Of a DNA stretch of 64,000 nucleotides, positions 21,002 to 30,439 are shown one piece after another. Made by a program: the position numbers and the translations under genes. This stretch comes from a virus. Lineage: Duplodnaviria > Heunggongvirae > Uroviricota > Caudoviricetes. The stretch lies in IMG/VR virus record IMGVR_UViG_3300045988_161152; one strand, 5' to 3'. Each line of letters opens with the position of its first letter. The first letter of the stretch is position 1. The notes under the pieces are model-generated. The model did no database searches. It worked only from the letters and a program-made list of their open reading frames with translations, and was not told where the DNA came from.

Positions 21002-21691
21002 ATGACCAAAATTAACTATCAGGCACTGCGTGAGGCGGCAGAACGTGCAATTCCGGCAATGGAACGCCTGTTAATGTTGCCAGTTGATGATGATCTGATA
21101 AGCGAACAGGAACTTAAAGATTACGGTGTGGATATTGATGCGCTCAACGCCTTCAAATTTCTGGCCGGACCAGAAACCGTGCTGGCACTGCTGGATGAAC
21201 TGGAAAGAAACCAGCAATACATCAAACGCCGTGACCAGGAGAACGAGGAAATTGCGCTAACGGTAGGGAGGCTTCGCGTTGAGCTGGAAGGCAAAGACAG
21301 CAAAATAGCCAATCTTACCGCCGAACGCGATGCTCTTCGTGAAGGTGAGATGGGCGACGCTAGGCATAGCAACACACGGGCCGCAGCTGATATCTACTTC
21401 CAACTGGTCGAGGAGTGCGAAATTCCTGCTGGCGGATCTCTGGTCGAGTACGTTGACGATATGCGCGAGAAGCTGGAAGCCGCAGAGAAGCGCATTGCAG
21501 AGTTAGAAAGTGGTTCTCAGGCACAAAAGTTAGTTGAAGCAATCATTGTTGCGATAGAAAACGAACAGGAAAGGCTTTTTGATGAAGATTACCTAATGGA
21601 TTCGAAAGAATGCATTGACGTAATTCGTGAAGAAGTAAAGCGATGGAATGATTCCCGTGCCGCTGGCATTCGCATCAACGGAGGTGAGTAG
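21002..21691 (+). CDS. Mosaic paralogue family member C (coiled-coil)
   Basis: 229 aa; N-terminus MTKINYQALREAAERA parallels member A. Confidence 0.6.
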   Translation: MTKINYQALREAAERAIPAMERLLMLPVDDDLISEQELKDYGVDIDALNAFKFLAGPETVLALLDELERNQQYIKRRDQENEEIALTVGRLRVELEGKDSKIANLTAERDALREGEMGDARHSNTRAAADIYFQLVEECEIPAGGSLVEYVDDMREKLEAAEKRIAELESGSQAQKLVEAIIVAIENEQERLFDEDYLMDSKECIDVIREEVKRWNDSRAAGIRINGGE

Positions 21692-21863
21692 TGCGTGTGG
21701 CATGTATCGGCTTGTTACCGTACCCGACTCGTTTTTGGGCTTCTGCGCTAATTGCAAAGCCACATGTCCTGATGGCTGACAACATCATCCCGGCACCAAA
21801 GCGCCGCCATACCGGTATTGCAGCGGCACGACGAGCAGCAAAGAGACGCAGGAGAGCAAAGCG

Positions 21864-22040
21864 ATGAAAAACCGTAAGGCAAAACGACTTTTTTTACAGC
21901 GTCCTGTGCGTGTGGTGGAGCTGGTTATTAGCAACCATAAGATAGCGGTACTCCATCCATTTGGTCAGGTGGCTTTTGCCGCAAAGCGTAAGCCTACTGC
22001 GTCACAGAACAGGCGGAAGAAAGGGTACGCTGTAAGATGA
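21864..22040 (+). CDS. Small basic protein, tandem copy 1
   Basis: 58 aa, GGAGAG RBS; MKNRKAKRLFLQR...; stop overlaps the next ATG (ATGA). Confidence 0.45.
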   Translation: MKNRKAKRLFLQRPVRVVELVISNHKIAVLHPFGQVAFAAKRKPTASQNRRKKGYAVR

Positions 22041-22225
22041 AAAACCGTAAAGCAAAGATTCTGTTAGTTCGTAGAAACGCTCCTGGCGTCTGGCAGTGGG
22101 TGAGACTCAGCAACCGACGGATGGGGTTGATGAAATATTACGGGATGATGGATTGTGGTTTTTGCAAAAAGCCCAGCGCGGCGCAAAACCGCTGGAAAAA
22201 CCACTTGCGCACTAAAGGAGAGTGA
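22037..22225 (+). CDS. Small basic protein, tandem copy 2 (paralogue of 21864-22040)
   Basis: 62 aa; MKNRKAKILLVRR...; shares N-terminus and a KKPSAAQNRWK block with copy 1. Confidence 0.5.
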   Translation: MKNRKAKILLVRRNAPGVWQWVRLSNRRMGLMKYYGMMDCGFCKKPSAAQNRWKNHLRTKGE

Positions 22226-22226
22226 T

Positions 22227-22742
22227 ATGGCGTTAACACACCGCGAACTCTGTCAGATTGCGTACAAGTTCCTTAAGCGCAACGGGTTCAAGGTTTGTTT
22301 TCATGACCGCTTTATAGCTGTAACCAGTACCGGAGAACAGCCAGATGCTATGGGATTCAGAAATTCAGCATCATGCCTGATAGAGGCGAAATGTTCTCGT
22401 GCTGACTTGTTGGCAGATAGAAAAAAGCGTTTTCGTAAAAATCCGTCTCTTGGAATGGGCGACTGGCGATTCTTTATTAGTGAGCCGGGAATTATTTCAA
22501 TTGAGGATTTACCACCTGGCTGGGGATTACTTCACGTTGTTAACGGAAGAGTACGGAAAGTACATGGGTGGCCCAAGGGTAATTGCTGTTGGGGTAATCC
22601 TGACGATAAGCCATTTACTGGAAATAAGCAGGTTGAATGCGATTACATGTTATCTGCATTAAGGCGTATGGAGTTGAGAGGGCACCTTAATGAAATATAT
22701 GACGGTGTAATTGTTAATAAGAAAGAAGGAAACGCGGCATGA
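22227..22742 (+). CDS. PD-(D/E)xK nuclease-fold protein
   Basis: Start set at ATG 22227 with AAGGAGAG RBS (ORF track 22155); GEQPD...LIEAKCS motif. Confidence 0.5.
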   Translation: MALTHRELCQIAYKFLKRNGFKVCFHDRFIAVTSTGEQPDAMGFRNSASCLIEAKCSRADLLADRKKRFRKNPSLGMGDWRFFISEPGIISIEDLPPGWGLLHVVNGRVRKVHGWPKGNCCWGNPDDKPFTGNKQVECDYMLSALRRMELRGHLNEIYDGVIVNKKEGNAA

Positions 22743-23749
22743 CCACTATTGCCAAAGATCGACTACTGACAATCAAGCAGTGGCGCGAAACATACGGACC
22801 GGGTAGCAACGTTGTACTGCCAGCAGAAGAAGCGGAAGAACTGGCACGAATTGCTCTGGCATCGCTGGAAGCAGAGCCTGTTCTGTATCAGTCCTGCACT
22901 CGCCCCACTTGGAATAGCGGTGTTCCGTGGACGGAATGGAAAGAACGAAGTCGTGAGTGCTACGAAGACGATTTGCGCTTTACAGACACGCCTGACCATG
23001 CCGGTTGGATATACAAATGTCGAAAATTATATACCACTCCGCCAGCGCCGATAGCGTTAGAGGCCATCGAAAACGCAATTGAATACATCCGCAGTATCGC
23101 TTTTCACATCGATGACGACGATTACCACGGCAAACATATTGCGTATTTCATGCGACAAGCATTGGCCTGGCTGGAAGGGCATTCATGCAGCGACGACAGA
23201 CTGGGTAAGGCCGACAATCAACCCGCATCTGGTAACCAGGCTGCCGAATCCAATCGCGGTAATGAGTGGACCGGCAATCCTGATATTGATAACGCCATCA
23301 TCATGCTCGACCGCATAGATACGGCGGAAAGTTGCGATGATGACCGTATTGAGGCCGTTAAGGCTGTGTTGCGTAGACTGGCAGGCAACTATCCGGATAT
23401 TCCGGATAGTTCGGTGCCAGCGCCAGGAAAGGGCGTCACCGGTGAACGTATCCGCATTAAGCCGCATGTTTATCGCGAACTGGTTAACCGTCTCCACGAT
23501 ACAGCGATCAAGTGTGCTGGCACCCAGCAATTACGAGAAAGAATTAGCCGTGTTTTGGGCGACGTTATTACGCCATATCATCATAAACAAGCCGAGAAAA
23601 GCGGTCTGGAAAGGTGTCATCTTGAGGCAGCATTAAACATTAAGCCGGGGCATACGCTTGGCATTATTGATGCACTGTTGGTTCATAAGATGGCCAGGGC
23701 TTTATTGTCGTTGGTGGACGCTGGTGATACAAGCGAGGGTGAAGTATGA
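22739..23749 (+). CDS. Hypothetical acidic protein
   Basis: 336-aa ORF, ATGA-coupled to the upstream gene. Confidence 0.6.
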   Translation: MTTIAKDRLLTIKQWRETYGPGSNVVLPAEEAEELARIALASLEAEPVLYQSCTRPTWNSGVPWTEWKERSRECYEDDLRFTDTPDHAGWIYKCRKLYTTPPAPIALEAIENAIEYIRSIAFHIDDDDYHGKHIAYFMRQALAWLEGHSCSDDRLGKADNQPASGNQAAESNRGNEWTGNPDIDNAIIMLDRIDTAESCDDDRIEAVKAVLRRLAGNYPDIPDSSVPAPGKGVTGERIRIKPHVYRELVNRLHDTAIKCAGTQQLRERISRVLGDVITPYHHKQAEKSGLERCHLEAALNIKPGHTLGIIDALLVHKMARALLSLVDAGDTSEGEV

Positions 23750-24108
23750 GAGTTGCAGATCACATCAAACACCTTGAAAGAATTATCGAAAACGGTGAAC
23801 TCTTAAGAGATCAGATGAGACGCACGGCAGAAGCCAGGGAGGCGATAATCCGCAGTCAGGCTGGTAAATTAAAGCAATTGTCAGAGATTAACACGCTATA
23901 CAAGAACAGACGTAACCGGGCGGTGATGCGGCTTCAGAAAGCACGTAATGAAATTAAATTGGTGGAGGCAAAACTGAAAAAACAGATCCAGCGTTACGAT
24001 CAGCAAGATGCTTTTTATGCCGCCATCAAGGCGGCTGCTAATGAAATAGGCATCTGGAAGTTGCTGGTGGAGAAAGCAAAGACGAAGTTAAATGCCAACG
24101 AAAGCTGA
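23746..24108 (+). CDS. Hypothetical coiled-coil protein
   Basis: 120-aa ORF, ATGA-coupled; last gene of the operon. Confidence 0.55.
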   Translation: MRVADHIKHLERIIENGELLRDQMRRTAEAREAIIRSQAGKLKQLSEINTLYKNRRNRAVMRLQKARNEIKLVEAKLKKQIQRYDQQDAFYAAIKAAANEIGIWKLLVEKAKTKLNANES

Positions 24109-24164
24109 ACTACAGGTGCCCACCAGCACATACAGAAAATGATTGTTTCCACATCAAGGAGATT

Positions 24165-24187
24165 TTAATGTTTCACTGAAACATTAA
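24165..24187. repeat. Perfect 23-bp palindrome TTAATGTTTCACTGAAACATTAA
   Basis: 11-bp arms around a central C; overlaps the stop of the small minus-strand ORF. Confidence 0.5.
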
Positions 24188-24321
24188 GTAAGCCAGTGCA
24201 TAATTCCATTTTTTACTGACCTTAAAAGCAAAATCAAAACGATGATGAGGATAATAGCCAGAATCTGGCTAATAATAGGCGCATCTAAAAATGCACTCAG
24301 GAACTGAAAAAAAGCGTTCAT
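24184..24321 (-). CDS. 45-aa single-pass membrane peptide
   Basis: MNAFFQFLSAFLDAPIISQILAIILIIVLILLLRSVKNGIMHWLT; AGGA about 10 nt upstream of the ATG; sits in an AT-rich non-coding island. Confidence 0.35.
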   Translation of the reverse strand: MNAFFQFLSAFLDAPIISQILAIILIIVLILLLRSVKNGIMHWLT

Positions 24322-25183
24322 TCAGGTGGTTCCTTGTCAAATGTAAAGGTGCACTTGCTCACGTTGACGTAGAAACCCAACCCCTATATAGTTGGATTCG
24401 GTGAATGAAAGTCGTTAACGTGAGCTTACGGCACATGTTTTCGGAAAAACATCAGGGAACGGCTAATTCCTTGATGCGGGTGGGGTCTGTAATACAGACC
24501 CTATCTATTAACGTCATGATTGCATCTCAAATTTTCTCCTTATCTTCAATTAATCTACATTCATTTCATCTGTTAGCCACCACAATATGTAGAAAATGGC
24601 CCTCTTGCAAGTGCATAACTTTGTGGATAACTCAGGAAGGAAAAAGTGGCTTTCGCGCACCTTCGGTCAGACAAGGTGTCCGGGAAAGTCAACGCAAAGA
24701 AAAAAATTGTTAAAAATAACGTTTGTTGGAATTGTATATTTTTATCCCCTTCAATGGTTAGCATTCCATTAACATCTTTTTTTAGAGACAGAAAAACATA
24801 TCGTAACAACATATATACAGTATTAAGAGGCGAGTATTATCCTGCGGTGGGAATTCTGGGCGCTGTTAGATTCGACTTTCTCAGCAGGATTACATCGTCA
24901 ACTTGCGACGTTGCCGTATGACTTTCGTGTAATAGGTGACAATGATGCGGCTAGTGAGTTACTTGTGAAGTTTTTCGGAAAAGGTTTTGTGGCCTCGGAT
25001 CTTGATGAGCTACAGCAACATGAAGTGTCTAATTTGATTTTTAGCCATAGCCAATAAGCCTCCCTCCTCCATCAAGGCCACAATTTGTGACCTTAAACAA
25101 TTTGTTTTCTGCTTTTTCTTATTTGAGAAAATAACGTTGTTGACAGCTAATAGGCTCGTTGTTGTTATACATGCCTGTATAGA

Positions 25184-25540
25184 TTATGACCGTAAATTAT
25201 TAGCGGATTTTAAGCCATATTCACCGTTGTAGAAATTACTCATGTTCCATTCATTAGGAAGTTCTTTTCTGTCCAATGTATAGTGGCGCACGATATAACG
25301 ATCTTCATCTTCTTCGATGGACAGGCGGACATAGCCAATGTGGATCACCGATACGGGCGGTGTTCGTATTGCATAGATGTCGCGGAGATATACCGGTAGC
25401 TCGACAAATGCATCAGGTGCATCTGTGATGCTCGTTTTTTCACAGTATTCATATAACGCATCGTTGATATCGTTAAGAGATTCATGATCGTATATTTCCA
25501 GGTAATTACCGCGATCGCGATGGTACTCGATTTTAGCCAT
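25184..25540 (-). CDS. Hypothetical protein, second gene of a two-gene minus-strand module
   Basis: 118-aa ORF; start abuts the stop of the upstream 194-aa gene. Confidence 0.55.
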   Translation of the reverse strand: MAKIEYHRDRGNYLEIYDHESLNDINDALYEYCEKTSITDAPDAFVELPVYLRDIYAIRTPPVSVIHIGYVRLSIEEDEDRYIVRHYTLDRKELPNEWNMSNFYNGEYGLKSANNLRS

Positions 25541-26125
25541 TCAAAATCCCCTGTTATCGTTTTGCATTTCTCTAATCCGGTTCAGAACTACTTCATGCTG
25601 GGCTTGGATAGCGGCTTTTTCGTTTTCAAGTCGGGCAATAGACATCTCTAATTCTTTGCTGTACCAGGCGAGTTGGGCCAGGTTCATCCGGTTGTGGTCG
25701 AGAGTTGGAGACACTTCGACGCGCTCCCTTTCTTCCTGCTTTAATGAGAAGAGATTCATCTCATCCCTAGAGGAAAATTCAGCAACAATTTCTTGTTGAT
25801 GATCCGGTCGCTGCGGCATCCTCGCCAGTATAAATGGCGGTTCTTTTGAAAACATGAATGTCGGTTCAGAACGTGTTTTCACCCATCTAGCCTGCTGTCT
25901 TTCGGCAAGTTCACAGGCTTCATCATAGTTATTTGCCAAACCAAGCACGGATGGGCGGTCCCACGCGCCACCATTCAGACAATAAACAACAATTTTCCCG
26001 TCATGTTCTGTAACCCCATAGGGATGGTCCCACCAGGCGTCCAGCTGAGCTTTAGAGCGTTTCTCGTTAGGAGTGCAGTCAAAATTTTTGGGCAATACAG
26101 GATCGAGAGGAATGCGATTAGGCAT
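25541..26125 (-). CDS. Hypothetical protein with C-terminal coiled coil
   Basis: 194-aa ORF transcribed divergently from humD. Confidence 0.55.
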   Translation of the reverse strand: MPNRIPLDPVLPKNFDCTPNEKRSKAQLDAWWDHPYGVTEHDGKIVVYCLNGGAWDRPSVLGLANNYDEACELAERQQARWVKTRSEPTFMFSKEPPFILARMPQRPDHQQEIVAEFSSRDEMNLFSLKQEERERVEVSPTLDHNRMNLAQLAWYSKELEMSIARLENEKAAIQAQHEVVLNRIREMQNDNRGF

Positions 26126-26260
26126 AGCTAATTCCTTATTAACTGATTGGCAACGAGGTTACGCTGATCCGTTGGTGATGAATAGTAGCAAAGAGCACAA
26201 AATCATCAGCGGTGGTTGATGTACGTAACGCGTTTGCACCAAAGGTGTCTCTTTAATGTA

Positions 26261-26280
26261 TACTGTATAAATGAACAGTA
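26261..26280. promoter_or_regulatory. LexA box (SOS operator) overlapping the humD promoter
   Basis: TACTGTATAAATGAACAGTA: perfect CTGT-N8-ACAG about 20 bp upstream of the humD ATG and overlapping a TATAAAT -10. Confidence 0.8.
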
Positions 26281-26299
26281 TTATTGAGGTGAAAACGCT

Positions 26300-26689
26300 A
26301 TGGGCTTCCCTTCTCCTGCGGCGGATTATGTTGAAAGCCGAATTTCTCTTGATCAGCAACTAATCAGGCATCCATCAGCAACCTACTTCATGCGGGCAGC
26401 TGATAGCCATCACCGTGAGGGAATATTGCAGGGTGCTTTGCTGGTGGTTGATTCCTCGCTTACTCCGGTTGATGGTTCTCTGCTTGTCTGCGCTATGGAG
26501 GGTGAATATCGCATAAAGAGATACCGAAAGTATCCGCGCCAGCACCTGGAGGATTTAAGCACCGGGAAGAAAGAGGCGTTACCAGTAGATGACGATGGTT
26601 ACACGGGTAGTAATGCTGTTTTTGGTGTGATCACTCATGTCATCAATGATGCCCGAAGTGGGGAATTTGATGATTGTCCGGTGATTTAA
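26300..26689 (+). CDS. humD: UmuD-prime homologue HumD
   Basis: 129-aa ORF with GAGGTGA RBS directly downstream of the LexA box; position before phd-doc as in P1; UmuD' relation is from recalled P1 annotation. Confidence 0.75.
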   Translation: MGFPSPAADYVESRISLDQQLIRHPSATYFMRAADSHHREGILQGALLVVDSSLTPVDGSLLVCAMEGEYRIKRYRKYPRQHLEDLSTGKKEALPVDDDGYTGSNAVFGVITHVINDARSGEFDDCPVI

Positions 26690-26730
26690 GCTGCAAAGTG
26701 CTGGTGCTTTATGCCTGTGAAGTTTATAAT

Positions 26731-26755
26731 TGTGTACACATAACGAGTACACGAG
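26731..26755. promoter_or_regulatory. phd-doc promoter with palindromic operator-like sites
   Basis: TATAAT at 26725-26730 followed by perfect palindrome TGTGTACACA and half-site AGTACAC. Confidence 0.5.
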
Positions 26756-26761
26756 GTGTTT

Positions 26762-26983
26762 ATGCAATCCATTAACTTCCGTACCGCGCGCGGCAACCTT
26801 TCTGAAGTGCTCAACAATGTTGAAGCCGGGGAAGAGGTTGAAATCACCCGCAGAGGCCGTGAGCCAGCAGTAATTGTCAGCAAGGCTACTTTCGAAGCCT
26901 ACAAAAAAGCGGCGCTGGATGCTGAATTTGCATCCCTGTTTGACACCCTGGACTCCACCAACAAGGAACTGGTTAACCGATAA
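26762..26983 (+). CDS. phd: Antitoxin Phd
   Basis: 73 aa ([16 protein letters not shown]...); ATG overlaps the doc start. Confidence 0.9.
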   Translation: MQSINFRTARGNLSEVLNNVEAGEEVEITRRGREPAVIVSKATFEAYKKAALDAEFASLFDTLDSTNKELVNR

Positions 26984-27363
26984 TGAGACATATATCACCG
27001 GAAGAACTTGTTGCGCTTCATGATGCGAATATAAGCCGCTACGGCGGCCTGCCGGGAATGTCTGATCCGGGTAGGGCAGAGGCCATTATCGGGAGAGTTC
27101 AGGCCAGAGTTGCCTACGAAGAGATCACCGACCTTTTCGAAGTCTCCGCCACCTACCTGGTGGCTACAGCGAGAGGGCATATATTCAATGATGCCAATAA
27201 GCGTACCGCGCTAAACAGTGCGCTGCTATTTCTACGCCGTAACGGGGTGCAGGTATTTGATTCACCTGAACTGGCAGACCTTACCGTAGGCGCTGCGACT
27301 GGCGAGATATCTGTATCTTCTGTCGCCGACACGTTACGTAGATTGTATGGTTCTGCGGAGTAG
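26983..27363 (+). CDS. doc: Toxin Doc (Fic-fold kinase)
   Basis: 126 aa; Fic-like motif [11 protein letters not shown]. Confidence 0.9.
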
Positions 27364-27367
27364 ATTA

Positions 27368-27547
27368 ATGGCACGTAAATACAACAAGTTGTCCCGTGAA
27401 GCGTTAAAGATGCTTCTTGATGGCGTGAGCCGCCGCAAGGTAAAGCAATACCTGGTCGGTAAGCAAATTGGAGTCAGGACCGCTATTGCTGTGTTATGCC
27501 GTCAGGAAATGGTTGTGCTTAAACAGAGAATGCCGGGCAGCAGATAA
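27368..27547 (+). CDS. pdcA: Small post-doc protein
   Basis: 59 aa from ATG 27368 (ORF track 27347); symbol from recalled P1 order. Confidence 0.45.
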   Translation: MARKYNKLSREALKMLLDGVSRRKVKQYLVGKQIGVRTAIAVLCRQEMVVLKQRMPGSR

Positions 27548-27574
27548 AGCCCAATCAGTGATTAAAGGTGTGAT

Positions 27575-28618
27575 GTGAAAGCCATAATTACTCCCTTTGT
27601 ACAGAAAGAGCTTGGCCTCGCCACGTTCAAAGTGGATCAGGAGGTCAGAAAGCTGGTGGAGGCTGGCCGTAAATTTATTATGGAGCCGGTGCCGCGTGAG
27701 TTAATCGAGCACATGGAAGACGGCCTCGTTGTTACCGAGCAAACCATGGCAACAAATGAGGCGTTGCAGCCGTTTTTTAACAGCGATGAACTGTTTCGCC
27801 GTATTGGTGGAATTGACTCGCTGGTGGCGTGGTTGCGTAGGAAAGAGGGTCAATGCCAGGCCGCAGATCGTAGTTGGTGTGACAACCATATTGTCCACGC
27901 TGAACGAGACAATAGCGCGGTGTTGTTGTGCTGGCATCACGATAACCATTACCGGATGCGTGGTTTTAATGAGCTGAAAGAAACGTTGCACAATAATCGC
28001 GTTAACTGGATACTGGATGTCGCCCGTCAGGAAATGGGCCTTTCAAATAGCCATGATTTAAGTATTCAGGAGCTGTGCTGGTGGGCTTTCATGCGCAACA
28101 TGATGCACCTGATGCCGGAAGAAGTCTGCCGCATATCAATAAATAAGATGAAGGCTACTCCGCAGGATAGCGGACCTCTGAAAGAGGCGGATATTCGCCC
28201 GTATGACGATCGCGCTACAGCATATGTTCAGATGATGGAAGAACGCGCCGCGCCGATGCGTGCAAAAGTATGCCCTGTGGATGTTGACTCCGACCCAGGT
28301 ATGGCGCATTTCAAAATACCAAAACTTCAATCGCTAAAATTGCCCGAGTACATGGACTTTGTGGCTTCCCGTCCATGCTGTGGCTGTGGAGCTGCGGGAG
28401 CTGGCGCTCACATTACGCCTTATATCGTTCGTCATAGTCGATTATGCGCGCATGACATTTATGCTATTCCTCTGTGCCAGTCATGCCAGCGTGATATTGA
28501 GCGTGACCGCGATAATTGGGAGAAGACGCACGGTAGGCTGGCGATGCATCAACGATTGTTCTTTGATTACGCGCTTGGAGTCGGCGCTATCACAAGTCAT
28601 TCGTCGAGCGTTAGATAA
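27575..28618 (+). CDS. pdcB: Cysteine-rich post-doc protein
   Basis: 347 aa from a GTG start; [12 protein letters not shown] and CQSCQ motifs. Confidence 0.55.
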   Translation: MKAIITPFVQKELGLATFKVDQEVRKLVEAGRKFIMEPVPRELIEHMEDGLVVTEQTMATNEALQPFFNSDELFRRIGGIDSLVAWLRRKEGQCQAADRSWCDNHIVHAERDNSAVLLCWHHDNHYRMRGFNELKETLHNNRVNWILDVARQEMGLSNSHDLSIQELCWWAFMRNMMHLMPEEVCRISINKMKATPQDSGPLKEADIRPYDDRATAYVQMMEERAAPMRAKVCPVDVDSDPGMAHFKIPKLQSLKLPEYMDFVASRPCCGCGAAGAGAHITPYIVRHSRLCAHDIYAIPLCQSCQRDIERDRDNWEKTHGRLAMHQRLFFDYALGVGAITSHSSSVR

Positions 28619-28619
28619 A

Positions 28620-28636
28620 ATTGCTCTAATGTATTG
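28620..28636. promoter_or_regulatory. C1 operator upstream of lpa
   Basis: ATTGCTCTAATGTATTG followed by an overlapping second ATTGCTAT. Confidence 0.5.
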
Positions 28637-28706
28637 CTATTTCTTTAATCGAGGGTATTATATTCGACGTTGATTAGTTGACATGGGCTAATCAGTAGGT
28701 GACAGG

Positions 28707-29159
28707 ATGTTACTTAACTGGCAGGGACGCCACTTCATGGAAATAAATCACTCACGAATAACATCGTACGAGATTGCGGATTACATGATCCGCACTAAAT
28801 CTCTTCTATCAGCGAAAGAACTCGCAGCAATTCTTGAAAAGGAATACCCGCATCTGGATGTCGATAAGCGCGATGTTTATCTGCGCTTAAAGGCTATCGC
28901 TGTGTCTAAGTATTCGTCTGTTTTGATTGATGACAGTACACGCCCACGTAGATTTCAGATCCACTCTCTGAATCCTGAATTCTTTCGCCGCAGCCGCGCT
29001 CCGCGCCGGTTTGATGAAAAACTCCAGAACGAACTCTATATGACGCAGGACGAAAAGGAACGCCGGGAGCACCAGCCTTGGGTGATGGCGCGTCAACTTT
29101 TCAATAAGGTGGTCCGTCAGCACCGTCATTACGGTAATGCCACATCCGCACGTATCTGA
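28707..29159 (+). CDS. lpa: Late promoter activator Lpa
   Basis: 150-aa ORF between pdcB and pacA with a C1 operator upstream, as for P1 lpa. Confidence 0.6.
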   Translation: MLLNWQGRHFMEINHSRITSYEIADYMIRTKSLLSAKELAAILEKEYPHLDVDKRDVYLRLKAIAVSKYSSVLIDDSTRPRRFQIHSLNPEFFRRSRAPRRFDEKLQNELYMTQDEKERREHQPWVMARQLFNKVVRQHRHYGNATSARI

Positions 29160-29245
29160 TTGATTGCTTGCCCGTTCCGGGCCTTTTGACATGTGACTTT
29201 CGTTACCCTCGCGTCAAAAAGAGTTTTATACGAAAGGAAGCATAA

Positions 29246-30439
29246 GTGACCTGGGACGATCACAAGAAGAATTTTGCTCGCCTGGCGCGAGATGGTGGTT
29301 ACACCATCGCACAGTATGCCGCCGAGTTTAATCTTAACCCTAATACCGCACGTCGTTATCTCCGTGCCTTCAAAGAAGACACCAGGACAGCGGACAGCCG
29401 CAAGCCAAATAAGCCAGTCAGGAAGCCTCTAAAAAGCATGATCATTGATCACGCTAATGATCAACGTGCATGTGATCACATTGTGGCTGAAATGGCTGAA
29501 AAACAAAGAGTTAATGCTGTTGTCAGTGCCGCAGTCGAGAACGCTAAGCGCCAAAATAAGCGCATAAATGATCGTTCTGATGATCATGACGTGATCACCC
29601 GCGCCCACCGTACCTTACGTGATCGCCTGGAACGCGACACCCTGGATGATGATGGTGAACGCTTTGAATTCGAAGCTGGCGATTACCTGATAGATAACGT
29701 TGAAGCGCGGAAGGCCGCGCGCGCTATGTTGCGTCGGTCCGGGGCCGATGTTCTGGAAACCACTCTTCTGGAAAAGTCTCTTTCTCATCTCCTTATGCTG
29801 GAGAACGCCAGGGATACGTGTATTCGCCTGGTGCAGGAAATGCGCGATCAGCAAAAAGACGATGATGAAGGTACTCCGCCTGAATACCGTATCGCGAGCA
29901 TGCTAAACAGCTGTTCCGCGCAGATAAGCAGCCTGATCAACACCATTTACAGCATCCGGAATAACTATCGAAAAGAAAGCCGGGAGGCGGAAAAGCACGC
30001 TTTATCTATGGGGCAAGCTGGCATTGTTAAGCTGGCATACGAACGAAAGCGTGAAAATAACTGGTCAGTGCTGGAAGCGGCTGAATTCATCGAGGCGCAT
30101 GGAGGAAAAGTGCCTCCCCTGATGCTGGAGCAAATCAAAGCCGATCTGCGTGCTCCTAAGACCAATACCGATGATGAGGAAAACCAAACAGCATCTGGCG
30201 CTCCATCACTTGAAGATCTGGATAAAATCGCGCGAGAACGGGCCGCCAGCCGCCGCGCTGATGCCGCATTGTGGATTGAGCATCGTAGAGAAGAAATTGC
30301 CGATATCGTCGATACAGGTGGTTATGGTGATGTCGATGCGGAAGGCATATCAAACGAAGCATGGCTTGAACAGGATCTGGACGAAGACGAGGAGGAAGAC
30401 GAAGAAGTTACCCGCAAACTGTACGGGGATGATGATTAA
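29246..30439 (+). CDS. pacA: Terminase small / pac-recognition subunit PacA
   Basis: 397 aa from a GTG start; contains the pac site; acidic C-terminus. Confidence 0.85.
29439..29630. other. pac packaging site (two clusters of TGATCA/G hexamers)
   Basis: Four TGATCA repeats at 29439-29480 and four TGATC(A/G) repeats at 29568-29625, all with GATC Dam sites. Confidence 0.8.

Noticed and set aside
25184-25540. Assigning the 118-aa protein as a DNA polymerase III theta homologue (P1 hot), expected near humD
   Set aside because: No similarity to the theta sequence as I recall it; left as hypothetical rather than naming it
26159-26359. 66-aa minus-strand ORF spanning the LexA box and the humD start
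   Set aside because: Overlaps a perfect SOS operator, the promoter and the start of humD; more parsimonious as regulatory DNA
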